NCBI RefSeq assembly: GCF_018350175.1
Contig: NC_058368.1
Coordinates: 203,362,001-203,426,000, forward strand
Reading direction: 5' to 3'
Length of the DNA stretch: 64,000 nt
Origin: Felis catus
Taxonomy: Eukaryota
The position numbers were made by a program, and so were the translations under genes. The notes under the pieces were generated by a model. The model had not been told where the DNA came from. It did not search any database and worked only from the letters and a program-made list of their open reading frames with translations. Each line of letters begins with the position of its first letter. The first letter of the stretch is position 1. Of the stretch, positions 26,257-40,105 are shown piece by piece.

Positions 26257-26330
26257 GGAAGGAAGGAAGGAAGGAAGGAAGGAAGGAAGGAAGGAAGGAA
26301 GGAAGGAAGGAAGGAAGGAAGAAAGAAAGA
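26257..26330. repeat. (GGAA)n microsatellite
   Basis: About 16 GGAA units, then GAAA. Confidence 0.95.
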
Positions 26331-27654
26331 ACCTGAAAAGGCAAAGGACAATGATGAACAAAAATGCTAGCCTATCCGGACCATTAGTTTCATCTGAATG
26401 CTGCATCATTATTCTAAAATGATATTAACAGTGACATCCAGCATCAGCACTGCCTCTTTTAAAATAATAGTATTAGTTACAAGGTCACTAAAAAGCCAGC
26501 ATCAGAGTATAGCTGATAGTCCCAGAGAGAAGGCAAAAAAAGATTTACTATTACTTTGGCCAGGAGTCAATGGATTCAAAAAGGCACATAGATGATTTTC
26601 TGACTTGGTAACAGGACGTCCAGCTTTCCAGCTTTAAAGTTTTACCTCATAAAACCTGGGCGAGCTGCAGTGTAAATCTGAATTTCCTCTTCCCGTACTC
26701 TCCTCTCTCCATTTTCACGTTCTTTTTCCCTTTAACAGTCCCAACAATAGCCCCAACCTCTTACATCACCCATGCATGCCTGCTCTTTTCTAGCAGAGAT
26801 TTTAACAGCTAACTTTTCTCCCATTTGTTCTGGGTTCTGGGCTTTACCTGGTTATGGCGGGCTTTGTTTTTAAATTATCTCATAATGCTCTGTACACTTC
26901 GTGCTACTTGAGAAGCTTTTCTTCTTTTTCTTTCTCTGCTCTGTTTTGATGTGGAGGGATGGTCATCTCCAAGCATGTCTGGAATCATCCTAATAACTAT
27001 CTAGAGAGACCTCCTTCCATCTATCATCTTCAAGTAGTACATTTAGGAAGACACAGGTTTTTTTTTTTTTCTTCAGGGAAAATTTCTCTAACTAGGAGGC
27101 TCAGTTTCATACCAGAGATCAACATTTTTAAATTATGTTTCATTGTGGCTACTGGAACAAGAGCATGTCTATTCTGCTTGCGAGCCATATATAGTCTACC
27201 TCTAGCCAAACCCTTGTCATCTTGAACCTACAGACATTTGTAGGCAAACATCCCCAAAAGCAAAATTTAAAAAATATCATTCCATTCAAAGTTTACCTCA
27301 TTCTGTTTTCTCTACTCATTTTTTTCAAAAAGAGTAAAACCAATCAAATATTCCTGAGTGCCAGATGTATCACTACTCATGGTATCATGGTATCGTATCA
27401 CCCATGGTCACCACTTTAGAGCAAATTATGATCAGCCAAAGCCCTATGGCATTTCCCAGACTAGCCTCCCTTCCTCGTCGCCTATACTACAGCCCATTGC
27501 TGCCAGAATGTTCTACCTTAATCTTTATTTTTAAATGCTTCATAGTTTCTTGTGCCCACCTTCCCTACTTCACCCTGCCTCATACCAATCATATCTTATC
27601 TGAACTTCAGTTCAATCGCAATAAATTTTTCCATGTTCTCTGAAGATGGCCAGC

Positions 27655-27656
<2 letters not shown>

Positions 27657-27690
<34 letters not shown>
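27657..27690. repeat. (TG)n microsatellite
   Basis: Perfect TG run. Confidence 0.95.
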
Positions 27691-27694
<4 letters not shown>

Positions 27695-28299
27695 GACGTT
27701 TCCTTTTCTGTTCCTTCCTCCTAAATTATCCTTACCCTTTTCTCTGTCTGAAGAATTCCTAGTCATTATTCTAGTATCAAATTTCACCTCCACAAAACTC
27801 TTTTCTACTTTCTCTACATGAGTTACCTCCACTCTCGTTTATACCCCTTAGCCCTTGTACACATTTCTATCAGTGGATTTATATCCCTCTTCTGTACACC
27901 ATGCTTGAGAGCGTATGCTGATGATAATTAAGGTCATAAATGACAATCCCTTTTCCCTGCCTGTCAAACCCAGTTGACAAGCACAGAATTCAAGCAGACA
28001 GAAGTCAAAATATCACCTTTTTAGTTAATAAAAGTGATATAAGGGAATATAGTTCAGACTTCTGGGCCAAGTGGTATTTCTAATATTTTACCTCTCAATT
28101 AGATCTAAGAGCTCACATAACAGGCAGCACTGAGCTGGCACAGGGACAGGGTCTAGCTGAGAAGCTCACTACTTGGCCAGAGACAAAGTGGGAACCCATG
28201 TTCCCTGCAACTGCAACCAGACAGATGTGAGGAGAAAGAGATGGAAACATTCTGCCAGCTCCTCCTCCCAAGCTCATCAGTCAACAGAGGGATGGGAGG

Positions 28300-28525
28300 G
28301 GGCATTTTCCCTGTGTGCCTCTCTGTTTCTGTGTCCACAATTCCTTTTTCTATAAGGACACCGGGCCTCTTGAATGAGGGGCCCACCCTCCTCCAGTCTG
28401 ATCTCATTTTAACATATTTCATCTTCAATAAACCTATTTCCAAAAAAGGTCCCATTCTGAGGTACTTGGGGTAGGACTTCAAGACACAGATTTGGTGGGC
28501 GGGGGGCACAATTCAACCCATAACA
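28300..28525 (-). mobile_element. MLT1 (MaLR) LTR fragment, MLT1B-like
   Basis: ctataaggacacc, ggggcccaccct, cctatttccaaa, acaattcaacccataaca terminus. Confidence 0.8.
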
Positions 28526-28861
28526 GGTGATTACTTTTATAGATATCTCTAGTTATCAAATATCAGCAAATACAGATAGGAAGTAACACTGCAAAAGAAA
28601 CTACCCTGTGATGCTTCTTCACTTAGAATTTTAATACTCGTGAAAGGGCTCATGTAGACCTATTTATATATTTTGTAATATATCTCCAGTGTATATATTT
28701 AAATATGTAAGTGAAATAAACTGGCTCAGCTTTTCTTTATAACATTTTCACATTTCAAGTTCAGTTTTGGGAATCCACTCAGAGTTATAAATGGCTCTAT
28801 TTTTTCCACACAGTAGTGTCCTCTGCCCCATCAAGAGCATTGGTAATAAAACATTTCTTTT

Positions 28862-29076
28862 TTATTTTTCCAACGTTTTTTATTTATTTTTGGGACAGAG
28901 AGAGACAGAGCATGAACAAGGGAGGGGCAGAGAGAGAGGGAGACACAGAATCGGAAACAGGCTCCAGGCTCTGAGCCATCAGCCCAGAGCCCGACGCGGG
29001 GCTCGAACTCACGGACCGCGAGATCGTGACCTGGCTGAAGTCGGACGCTTAACCGACTGAGCCACCCAGACACCCC
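28862..29076 (-). mobile_element. Young SINEC_Fc-type SINE
   Basis: TSD aaaacatttctttt at 28848-28861 and 29077-29090. Confidence 0.95.
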
Positions 29077-29099
29077 AAAACATTTCTTTTAAATACAGT

Positions 29100-29303
29100 C
29101 TGATGTCATTAACGGGATTCTCTTCCAAGCCAATGACACCCATTCTATAAATTTTGATAGTCGGACAACGATACTTTCTACTATGCCATGAGTGCTTCCT
29201 GGATTTACATACAGCAGCTGTAAGACAGTACCCAATTTCACAGCTGCTTGATGTTGGAGGGGGAGGCGGCAGGGAGTCTATCTTGGAGTCAATGAAATAC
29301 AAT
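29100..29303. mobile_element. TcMar-Tc2 (Kanga/MER104-like) DNA transposon end
   Basis: tcttggagtcaatgaaatac resembles the TCTTAGAATCGATGAAATACGG terminal inverted repeat. Confidence 0.45.
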
Positions 29304-29327
29304 AAATATAAACTCTATTACAAAGCC

Positions 29328-29838
29328 CGAACTAGTTTTCTCAAGGCTTCTACAACAAACCATCACAAACTTAGTGGCTTAAAACAACACAAATTTGTTA
29401 TCTTACAGTTGTGTAGATCAGAAGCACATCAGTGGTCCCGTGGTGCTAAAATCAACATGTCAGCAGGTGCATTCTCTTCTGTAAACTCTAAGGAAAAATC
29501 CATTTTCTTGCCTTTTCCCACTTCTAGAGGCCTCCCATGCCTCTTGGCTTTGTTTTAGCCCCTTTCTTCCATCGTCAAAGCCAGCAACATAGAATCTCTC
29601 TGATCCTGCTTCCATCAGGAGATCTCTTTCTCTGACCACAGTCAGGAAAGGCCCTCCACTTTTAAGGAAAGGCCCTCCACAAAGGCCCACCATATGTTTA
29701 GATGAACCCACCTGGATCTAATTGAGAATGATCTTTCCATATCAAGACCCTTCATTTAATCATATCTGCAAAGTCTCTTTTGCCAAACAAGTCAATATGT
29801 GGACATCTTTAGGGGGACAATTATTCTGCTTACCGCAG
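29328..29838 (-). mobile_element. MLT1D-like MaLR LTR
   Basis: cacaaacttagtggcttaaaacaacacaaattt start; tggacatctttagggggac...attctgcttaccgca end. Confidence 0.85.
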
Positions 29839-30594
29839 ACTTTATTTGCATGCTATTGTCTTTTGGTTGATCTTTATGTATCTTTAAGGAACAAGTGTGT
29901 CTTTGATCTGTATTCTCAGTGTCTGGCACCAAGTTATGATAGTAGGTTTGCTGAATTTTGAAACAATGAAAGGAATGAGGGGTGTTCTTATTCATTTCTA
30001 TTAAAACAAGAAATGACATCTGTAAAGGAATGAGTTATGGTAAGCATGACTCATTTTATGAATGGGAAGAAGCTTGGGGCAGTTAGAGTTTAGGTTGTAT
30101 ATTAGAGACCCTTGTGATAGGGGTCTAGATATCATACAGATTATGAAAAATCTATATATGTTGCTTATAGGTTTGGAGTTTATTCTCTATCCAAAGAATA
30201 TTTATTGAAGAATTATAAGCAACAAAGAGAAAAGACTGGATTTAATAAACTTAGTTTGATGATGGTACAAGAGATGATTTGAGAAGTAGAGACTGGGGTT
30301 GCAAAGTTTATACTTCATGCTTTAATTCAAGGGGGACTTTAAAGACAGGGGGTACTTAGAATGTAGATCTGATTTGAGGAGTTATGCTTTGTTCCCATTG
30401 TCAACCCCCTAAAATTTTCCAGGTTTTTCTAGAATATTTAAAATCATGTCCAGCATTCTATTATGTTCATTAGTTAGGATTTAATTTTATATAATTACCT
30501 AGGAAGCATGTTTGATGATTAGTATACAAATGTTCAGATTTTCCAAGCAATTTTAATCAATTAGTTTTTATGAAGCTGTTTTTAACTTCCTGAA

Positions 30595-30949
30595 AGCCAC
30601 CTCAGAGGGCCTTCCCCATCTGAAGTCAAAGGAATGTAACAGGAGAGGCAGGAGAAATGAAGCAGGAGTGCTTGCCCAGCTGTTGTTGCCTTTGAAGATG
30701 AAGGAAGCCACAAGCCGAGGAACGTAAGTCCCTTGGATAGAATCTAGAAACTGGGAATGGCCACAGCTGTGAGTCAGCAAGGAAATGGGTGTAGAGTCAC
30801 CAGAATGAAGCACAGCCTTGATTTCTGCCTTGTGAGATTTGAAGCAGAGAACCACCTAACCTATAGAACTGTGAGATAATAAAAGGGTGCTGTATTAAAA
30901 GCCACTAATTTATGGAGATTTGTTATGGCAGAAATAGAAAACTAATACA
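30595..30949 (+). mobile_element. MLT1E-like MaLR LTR (3' part)
   Basis: cagcaaggaaatggg, gaactgtgagataataaa, ttgttatggcagaaatagaaaactaataca terminus. Confidence 0.85.
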
Positions 30950-32556
30950 AGTGCTGTGTTAAAATAATTAAATAAACATAAACGTTTTCTACTTAAATAG
31001 ACTTATCCATAACAAAAGATTTTCCATTTCTTTTTAAACTGCTTCTTTCTCTTTACCAAATCAACCATTAGACTCTTCAATGACAGATTTGTAAATATCT
31101 GCTCTATTGTCACTAGACTAAGTCTTAATGAACTTTGGGTATACCCAGACTAGCATCCTATGGCCTTATTTTCTTCCTCCCTATCCTAATCCAGACATTG
31201 TATTTAAAAAAAAAAGGTACATAGCACTTAAAAATATTGGATTTGCTCCTAGATTTTCAAATAGGGCTGTTTCTCATTTTGTGCCCTAGCTACTTCTGTT
31301 TCCTGTGATACTGAGAAACAAGTCCAAGTACAACTGAAAGTTAGGGTCCTTCAACCTGCTTCAAATCAATTTTATTGACCCTACATAGCCAATAGGCTAT
31401 GCCCATATCGATATGCACTGTGGATATTCTATGTTCCAAGGTTTTCTCTATAGGAAGATAAGTGCTGCCATTGACTAGAAGAAGGGAAAAAAAAAGAGGC
31501 TAATGTGTAGCATCTAAGACTCAATGAAGACCAAAATGAAGTCTTTGAGAACTAGGCAGATATAAATAACCTTCAGACTACTGGTATGGCCAGGGAAATC
31601 ATGAATAATACTGACTGGAGGATTAATAGTCTTCCTTCTGCCTGGGAGGATGGTCCTCCTTCCCAACCCATCACCTTGAAGCCCTCCTCCAGCATCTCTT
31701 ACAGTGTAATGATAACTTAATGACTTGTCCATCCACTAAGGGGACAATAGGAAAAATCAAAATCAGCCTCTCTACAGTCAAGAGAACTAAAGTTAAAACT
31801 TCCAAAAGTTAAAACTTCAAGCAATAATTTGTTCTGTCAGTGCAGAGCTCTCTTTTTTCTTCTGATCACATGCTATAATTCCCTTTTACTTTAGATGTAT
31901 ATCTGAATATCCTTTTAGATGTATACATTACCTTGTTGACCGTGACTTCTCCTGGTTTCTAATATGTATCTAATCCTTTTGAATGTATATTCAAACTCTC
32001 TTGTATACTTGAATTATTTTTCAAATGTATTGTTTATATTTGAGTACAAGGGACTCCTTTCTCTGTGTATATCAGAATAATTTACTGAATCACAAAAGGT
32101 TTGGAGGTCTTTGAGCTGTTTTCCTGATGTGTAAAGAATCAGGGTGGAGTAGGAAACAGCTCCAGGTTTGTAGAGGTTCACCTCAGCTATTTCTGTGTGT
32201 ATACATTGAGGAGATATTACAAATTATGCTTCACAACTCTTAATCAGTAAATTTGTGTCATTTTTACATTCTCCTGAACCTATTATTCTTTAGCTGTATG
32301 CTTCAGCTCACTCTTTGTTCAACACTTGTTTTTGGTTTTCTTACAAAGGCTATAAAAGACCTAGAATTTGGGCAGAAGAAAAGAGGCCATTGGTTTGAAA
32401 GATCAAGGTGTCCCAACTTCACAAGCTGCTCCATGTAGGGAGGGTTCCAAATGAAAGCAAGGTTGAGAAGTAGTCAGAGTGAAGATTAGTATTATGAAGA
32501 CCGATTCTCTGTCTAACCCACTACTAGACCAGGGAACCCTTTTTTTTTTTTTTATC

Positions 32557-32740
32557 AAGGGCCAAGACTGTAGGGAGAGGAATGAGACAAATGAGGCTCT
32601 TCCTTCAGGCATAAAATTTAAGAGGCACCAAAAACTCAGTAAGATAAATAGTATTTTGATACGATGTTTTTAAAAATAAAAATTAATGCAAAAAAAAACA
32701 ATGGTGAACAATTTATCAAAAGTTGAAATAAAAACACCAT
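32557..32740. mobile_element. hAT (Tip100-like) DNA transposon fragment
   Basis: aggcataaaatttaagaggcaccaaaaactcagtaagataaatagtatttt motif. Confidence 0.5.
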
Positions 32741-32819
32741 AGATATTTTGTTATCCTAGTAGCATAGCAGGGAATATCTTATGGAAAATACAGGGTCAAA
32801 GAGCAGAGGGAGGATTTCT

Positions 32820-33410
32820 TGTTCCCTATTGATCACTTACATGTGGTAGGCACTGTTTCAGGCACAAAGAACACAGCAATGAACCAAATACTGCAGTATT
32901 GTTCTCATGAAGCCCGCATGAAGTCTTTGACATTATGGTGGGGGACAACAGAAAACAAGTTAAATATGCTAAATGCACTGGATATTAGTGATAAAGTCTA
33001 AGGAGAAAAACAAAGCAGGAAAAAGAAATAAGAAGAGTGATGCAAATATTGATAAAGTAGCCCAGAAAGTGTCTGAGAAGTTGGCACTGAAGACCTGAGG
33101 GAGATGAGGGAGTAGCCATTCAGAGAAAAAGCTTTACAGGCCAAAGGGATTGCAGAGGCAAAGGCATAAGGAAGGAGCATGCATTCCCTGTTCCAGGAAC
33201 AGCAAGAAGGCCAGTATGACTGAACAAGCAAGTGGTCAAGGAGGAAGAGTAGTAGCTGATGTGACGCACAGTGGGGTGAGGGGGTGTAACCACATAAGGC
33301 CCTAAGTCACTACAGGACAAACCTTTTCCTCTGAGATGAAAAGCCTTTAGAGGAGCTGACCAGGGAAGTGACATGATCTGACTCACTTTCCCAGACTCAC
33401 TGTGCAAACA
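32820..33410 (-). mobile_element. L2 3' fragment
   Basis: aggcactgtt, gaagacctgaggga, aggaacagcaagaaggccagt, gaagtgacatgatctgact motifs. Confidence 0.75.
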
Positions 33411-35757
33411 GAATTGATCCCTACCACAATTTTGTCTCCAAGTATCTCTTCCTCTTGATTAGAAAATGAAGGAAAAAGAGTTGACTCTGTGGAGGGCCAG
33501 GGGTTTTATTCCTCAGCTGTGAAACCAGGGCCTGTGTCCAGCCTCACGAGGGGATTTAGGGTAAAGTAGGGATAATATTTCACAAATCTATCTTCATGTC
33601 CTATCAGTAGAGTCACCAAGAGCTGAATCAATAAACCTCATTATTAAATGTATAGTTAGATGTAGATACAGATATAGATGTGAGCATAGATGCATTTGTA
33701 CTTGTAGGTGTGGATATGGATATATTTAATAGCAATATATTTTGCAATTACAAACTAATAACATAGTAATTACAGAAGTTTTTAAAAATATTTTCTTTCA
33801 TCTGTTTATTGAGTATTTGGAAGGATGCTGGCATCTTCGTTTATTGAACAGGAAAATGCATGCAATGCAAAAGAACTTAAGAAAGAAGACGGATCTGTGG
33901 GTGTTTGTGTGTGTGTGTGTGTCTATTATTAAAAGCTGGCATAAAATTTTATAATATTCTCTGCTTCAAATATAAACTGCTTTGCTATCCATTACTTTAT
34001 TTTTTTAAGTTTTCTTATTTATTTTTGAAATTTGTGAAGCAAGAAGCATTTCATATGTTGGAAGAATGCCTTGTTTACTAATATTGCTACGTCAAATATT
34101 CATCAAGATTGGTAGCAGACAGCTGCTGATAATGCATAAACAGGGAGCCAGGCCTTTTGATGCCAAATTCTACCCTCTCTTATACGAAGACAAAGGCTAT
34201 TTTTACTGAAATCAACAAAAGCTTTCCCCCAACCCTGACTTCTAACAAAAGGCATCTAAGGGCAGAATCTGACATTAATTTCTGTTTCATTTGTTTGGAA
34301 GAGTGCAAAATAGTGAAACAAAATGAGAGGTGCCATTTGCCAAGCTGATATTCAGCCAGTAAGCTTTAGCTTGGCCATGATGGTTGCTTAGAGCTGGCCT
34401 CCAGCCTAGCTATTCAGTGCCCCATCCTGATGGAATTTGCCCTTGCTTTCCTGGGAGATAAATGTTTTGACTGCCAACTCTGGCATCGACAATTGGACAT
34501 GGCTTTTCTTTTATTTGTTTTTAAAATATAGGTCAGAATATCAGGGAAGATACAAGGGATTTCCAAAGAAGACATATACACTGCAGATCTTTTCTGCTAA
34601 TAAATACTTTCTCCTCTTCTTTTCACTTCTAAAGTGAAGGTGGTAAAGCTGGCAGAGTTCACAAAATATTATTAATATTGTTAATAAAATTATAACAATA
34701 AGTTAATAAGACTTACTAATAGGTTAATACAATGATATACTATATAAAGCAGTTGCATGTTGCATAGAGTTAATCACAACCAAGCCATAAAAATGTTAAG
34801 CAATAAACATTATGATCAGGAGCAGTCCCCCAGAAAACCCTTTCTATATCCTGTTAGACATGTTTCCCTGTTCTTAGAGCATAGTTTAAAGTGGGTAATT
34901 GCTCTGAGTTCTACTTCTTCCATTCCTTCAATTCACTATCGACCTCAGTTTAAACACCCCATCATAAAATGAACCTTCAACATCACTCTGGATCTTTACC
35001 TCTCTGTGCATAATCATATTTATTTTACCATTTACAAATGAAAATACCACTGAGTACTTTTTACCAAATGTGCTTTTAGGCTTTACCTTTGTGAAGCGAT
35101 ACTATTAAAGAACAACAGGGAGGATTCCATCCAGTTGGCTCACTTTTCTGTATAATGGTTTGGCACAAATCTCTGTCCAGCAACCTCCGAGTGATAAGAT
35201 ATGGCTTTCTACTGATTTCTATATTAATCTATTCTGATTACATCCAGATAGATTTTTTTTTTAGTCTCTTAAAGTAATGTTCCTGGTGGTAAGACATGGT
35301 AATGCTACAATAGCATTTTCTACGAGAATAGATTCTTATCAGTAGTCACTTCTTTGCAAAGGATCACATACAAGTTTCTCCTCTAGATGTTCTCCCACAG
35401 AATGGGAGAGAAATCTCAGTAAATAGAGCCCTTTGACATTTTGACTATTCAAATATGCCACATGTGAATTTAGGTACTAATTGGTCATTTTAGATGCCTG
35501 CAAATGTCACGAATGGAAATATTCCGTTGTCACAGTGTGGCCCAAGTCAGATCTGACCCGAGAATGCAAAATTCCCTTCCAGGTTAACCAAGGATCATGT
35601 AAAATTTGTCTCCAGATGTGATTGTGGTTGTCATCAGTAGGAATCAGAGGATTCCTTTTACAGGTATTAGATGGCAAGACTCAGGAAATAAGGTACAGGC
35701 ATGAATCAATCTGAGTTTCACAAGAACCCAGCACTGTACAGTGAGAGAGTGAGGGGC

Positions 35758-36062
35758 TGCACAGGCTGAGTTTTGTCATCCCCCCAAATTCATATGTTGA
35801 AGCCCTGACCCCCAGTTTGACAGTATTTAGATATAGGGCCTTTAAGGCGGTAGTTAAGGTTAAATGAGCTCATATGAGTGGACCCTAATCCAGAGTGACT
35901 GATATCCTTATAACAAAAAGAAGAGACACCAGAATGCAGGCACACAGAGACAAGGCCATGTGAGGAACCCAGCAAGAGGCCATCTGTAAGCCAAGGAGAC
36001 CAAGGCCTCAGGAGAAATCAAACCTGTGGACATCTTGATCTTGGACGTCCAGCCTCCAGAAG
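35758..36062 (+). mobile_element. MLT1A-like MaLR LTR (3' truncated)
   Basis: ccccaaattcatatgttgaagccct, ggttaaatgag, ccctaatcca, cttgatcttggac...cagcctccaga. Confidence 0.85.
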
Positions 36063-36901
36063 TGTTCTGGAAGAATTTCATTGTGGCAAAATACAGAGGT
36101 CTCAGCTCCTCCTTCTATTTTACGATTTTAATCAAGTATATCACTTGGCTCTTAATGATTCAGAGAGTAAAAAATATGCCTACAAATATATGACCTATTT
36201 TCAAAATATTTGCATTCATATGTAATATAAGCAATGCAAGTTATGTAAACCACCTGCAAACATGGTAGCACGACTGTCCTTTTCTCTCTCGGTGCCTATA
36301 CAATCACCCCCATATCCAGTCCCTGTTCCTTCTGTGTTCTAAGTCAAAGCCAGGAAAGATGCTCCACAGACATGCTTTTTTATCATAAGGTTGAGCCTGA
36401 TGTTCGTTTTCTCAGGGTTAAAGTCCAGATTGCTGTAGGTACTCCTTCCTGAGGTTAGACCATCTCAAAGGCTTCTTTTACACTGCCTTCAAAACTGAGC
36501 TCTTCCCTTTCAGGCTCACCTCCTCCCATCTCCCACTCCCTTGCTCTAACAGTTGCCATACACAGAGCAGAGAATGCATATGCTGGAGGTGAAATAACAG
36601 AAGCCTGAACTACAGCAACTATGGGGAGGATGAAGAAAAGTTCCAGAAGAAGCAATGTCCTTGTCAAACACGAGTGGCACTTTGTTGCTCTTAGAGAGAG
36701 TAAGGCTAAGCCTCATGCCCTGATGTAGTTCAGAAGCAAGGATTATAGTATAGAATGGTCTCCAAGTTGGGGACTCTGTATCAGCTGAACCATGAAGAGA
36801 AAGAACTTGAACATGGAGAGAAGGTAGGACTAACCCTACCTTCCCTGTGTGTGCTTGACTCGGTAACAGTATGGTACTTTTGTAATGGACCATACTTTTG
36901 A

Positions 36902-36983
36902 TAACTTATGTAGTGTTTTAATCTTCTACAGCACTTTGGTCACTTCTTTGGTAACTTATGTAGTGTTTTAATCTTCTACAGCA
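36902..36983. repeat. Perfect 32-bp direct duplication with an 18-bp spacer
   Basis: taacttatgtagtgttttaatcttctacagca at 36902-36933 and 36952-36983. Confidence 0.9.
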
Positions 36984-36999
36984 AATTTCCAGTCTAAGT

Positions 37000-37230
37000 T
37001 ACTTGCCACCTTCACCTACAAAAGTAAATCCTAAGAATTAGCATCACAAGGAGAAATGTTTTTCCTTATTTCTTTCCTTTTGTTTCTTTTTATTGTATCT
37101 ATATAAGAAGATAGATATTAGCTGAACTATGTTAATCATTTCACAACACATATGAATCAAATCATCATGCTGTACCCTTAAATTTATACAGTGATATGGC
37201 TATTATTTCTTACTAAAACTAAAAAAAAAG
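37000..37230 (+). mobile_element. Old L1 (L1MA-like) 3' end
   Basis: taatcatttcacaa...tcaaatcatcatgctgtacc...aaaactaaaaaaaaaa. Confidence 0.7.
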
Positions 37231-39314
37231 TGATAATGATAAAACTTTTACAAAAAGTTGAAAAACACATCAAATGAAGGAGAAAGGGGCCTTCCTCTGT
37301 CTGTCCAGGCACCAGACCTCTACTGTGGATAAAGATGGAGGACCTCCATGATAATTAGAACCAGGGCCCATTGCTCGTCAAGGAAACAGGCCAAGAAGGA
37401 CAAAATAGAAACTTCATCCTCATCCATTTCAGGCAAGATTAAATGTAGAAATATCTGTGTCATCAGCCAGGGAGAGCTTGACACCAGTTTTAATTGGAAG
37501 TAAACAGAGAGCTGTAGAGGAAGGGCAGGCTGACTGGTCAAATGGGAAGCTTTGATCAGATTTCATTAGGTCATCTCATGCAGAAACAGGCTAAAATTTA
37601 CAAGTGGACCAACAGTTTCTCTAAGAGTGGGCCAAAAAGTATCTAATATATATTTTATATAACAGAAACTTTCCAGCATCTAAGTTTCTCTAGCTTTAAA
37701 ATGAGGTAAATGGTCTTCCTCCTTTACAATTCTCATAGAGACATTTTAATAAGATACTGCCTGCGGTATCTGTTAAGTTCCTTTGAAGAAAAACAGAAGG
37801 AAGTGGAAGACATTTTTAATGTTAAAAGACTATTTGTTGTTGATCTGCTTTATAACATAATTTCTGAAAAGTTCCCTTACCTCTGTGTGTTTAGGCAGAG
37901 AATTTTACCAAACTTTTCTAAATAATGTTTTGATATGCAAAGGAAAACAAAGGGATATATCTTAACTTAATCAATGGTTCATTCACACTTTAGTTCAAAT
38001 GAAAAAACCTTATGCATTTACTAAGAAAGTAACTGATGTTAAGACAGCTGTCCTAGATAGAGTAGGTTACCCTAAAATTTGAGTATGTACTAGGAAAATA
38101 GAATTTAAATTTATTTCTTCTAATAACTCAAATAAATGCAAAATCTTTATTAGTTTTCAATGAGACATTCTTTTCAAAAAAAAAAAAACTATTAAGTCAG
38201 ACTATTTGTGAACAACTAAATAGACTGCTTTCAGTCTCAAAAGAATGGGACTTTTCTTGGTACCTAATTAGCTTTCTTTTTTAAGTCAAGGGGATCTGCT
38301 CAGAGTCAGGCCACCTCTTCAAAGCAGGCCCAGCAACTTCACATTATACAAGGTCATAATCAGTAGACAGAGTTTCCAAGCACGTCAGGTCATATTTTCT
38401 TTAGAGGTACAGGAAATGGAGTAAAGTCAGAAAAGTGCAGGTTACCCCACAGGCCAGCAAACAATTCTGCCAATTACTCCCTGGGGGTAGTCCAGCACCA
38501 TTGAAAGGGTCCGCCAGTATAATTACTAGTGACACAAGCATTTGCTTCAGTCAAGTTGACTTAAGTACCTAACTGAAATAGTCACTAAGCTATATGGGCA
38601 AATACTTGCCTTTATTTGCATTTTGAACATCAGAGATTCATGTGGAGTCTTTAATCTGTGCAACCAATTCATAAATACTTTATACTTTTTTAAAATATGG
38701 GTAAAGCAAATACTGTCTCCTTTAGATAAAAATAAAAATAGATATTTGAATTTTATTTTAACCAAGAATTCCAGATAGATAGCCGCAATGTTCAGCAATC
38801 AGTACAATTAGTGTATTTGCTTTCTTCTTCCTTTATAATTTTTTTATGTAATTGGTGCTAATAAGCAACTAATTTTCAAAAGTCAAGTACTTTGAAAAAT
38901 AATGAAATATTGGAATGAGACACCTATGAACTGGCAAATCATATTTAATAGATACATTTCAAAAAGCTATGAAAAATATAAATTTGAAAAAAGAATCATA
39001 TTCAATGCATTTATTAAAGGATATTCAGTGACACAGGGAATCCAAGATAATTCTTAGACAGAGTGAATATTTTATATAAGTAAACCCACAGGGAAAAAAA
39101 CACTTCCCTAATTTTTTTATATCTGGGTTTTCTTATATCAAACTGATATGCAAAATATACTTATATACTTAGTCAAATATTTATTAAATTAATTGCATTT
39201 TCATTTATAGTTTTATTCAGTAAAAGAAAGGTTTATTATAATTTTGCCTATAGTGACATCATGCTATCATATTAGCTTTTCTCACACTGTGCCTCAAAGT
39301 GATCTGATGCTTCT

Positions 39315-40105
39315 TGTATTAGTTTCCTACTTCTGCTGTAACAGATTATCACAAACATAGTGCCTTAAAACAACTCCCATTAGTTCTCATGGTTCCACAG
39401 GTCAGAATCTGGGCTGGCTCCACTGGTCTCTCTGCTCTGGATCCCATGAGGACATTATCAGTTGTGTCAGCCCACTGCCTGTCAGAATCTGCTTCTAAGC
39501 TCTTTCAGGTCATTGGCAGTATCCAGTTCCTTATGGCTGTAGAATTAAGATCCCATCTCTATGCTGGTTATCAGCTGGGGCCACCTCCAGCTCCTAGAGG
39601 CTTCTTTTCAGTTCTTATGCATGAGCTCCTCCATCTCAGACCAGAGATAATGCACTCAGTCCTTCTCATGCTTAGAATCTCTCTGAATTCCCCTCCTGCA
39701 CATCTCACTGACTGCCATCCTCTTCTGCTTTTAAAAGGTCATATGAGACACTGGGTTTACACAGATAGTCCAGGATAATCTATTTTAAAATCAACTGATC
39801 AGTCATCTTTTTATTTTGTCATGTTTATTTGTTTTGGGGGGGGGGTGGGTAATAGAAGGAGAGAGAGAATCCCAAGCAGGTTCTGTGCTGACAGACTCAG
39901 TGCTCGATCTCATGAACCATGAGATTATGACCTGAGCTGAGATCGAGAGTCAGATGCTTACCCAACTGAGCCACCCAGGTGTCCCAGTTGATTAGTAATC
40001 TGAATTCCATATACAAAGTCACTTCACAGCAGTGCCTAGATATTGACTGAATAATCAGGGAACAAGAATCCCAGGGGGGCATCTTTAGCATTGTTCCCCC
40101 ACCTG
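39315..40105 (-). mobile_element. MLT1E/F-like MaLR LTR interrupted by a Can-SINE
   Basis: tgtattagtttcct...ctgctgtaacagattatcacaaac start; ggggcatctttag end. Confidence 0.8.
39808..39985 (-). mobile_element. Can-SINE (old)
   Basis: SINE body; degenerate TSD aactgatcagtcatct / agttgattagtaatct. Confidence 0.85.

Noticed and set aside
36902..36983. 32-bp repeat-spacer-repeat superficially like a CRISPR unit
   Set aside because: Only two copies, spacer too short, mammalian DNA and no cas genes.
39389..39778. 129-aa ATG-initiated ORF
   Set aside because: Lies entirely within an MLT1 LTR; a chance ORF.
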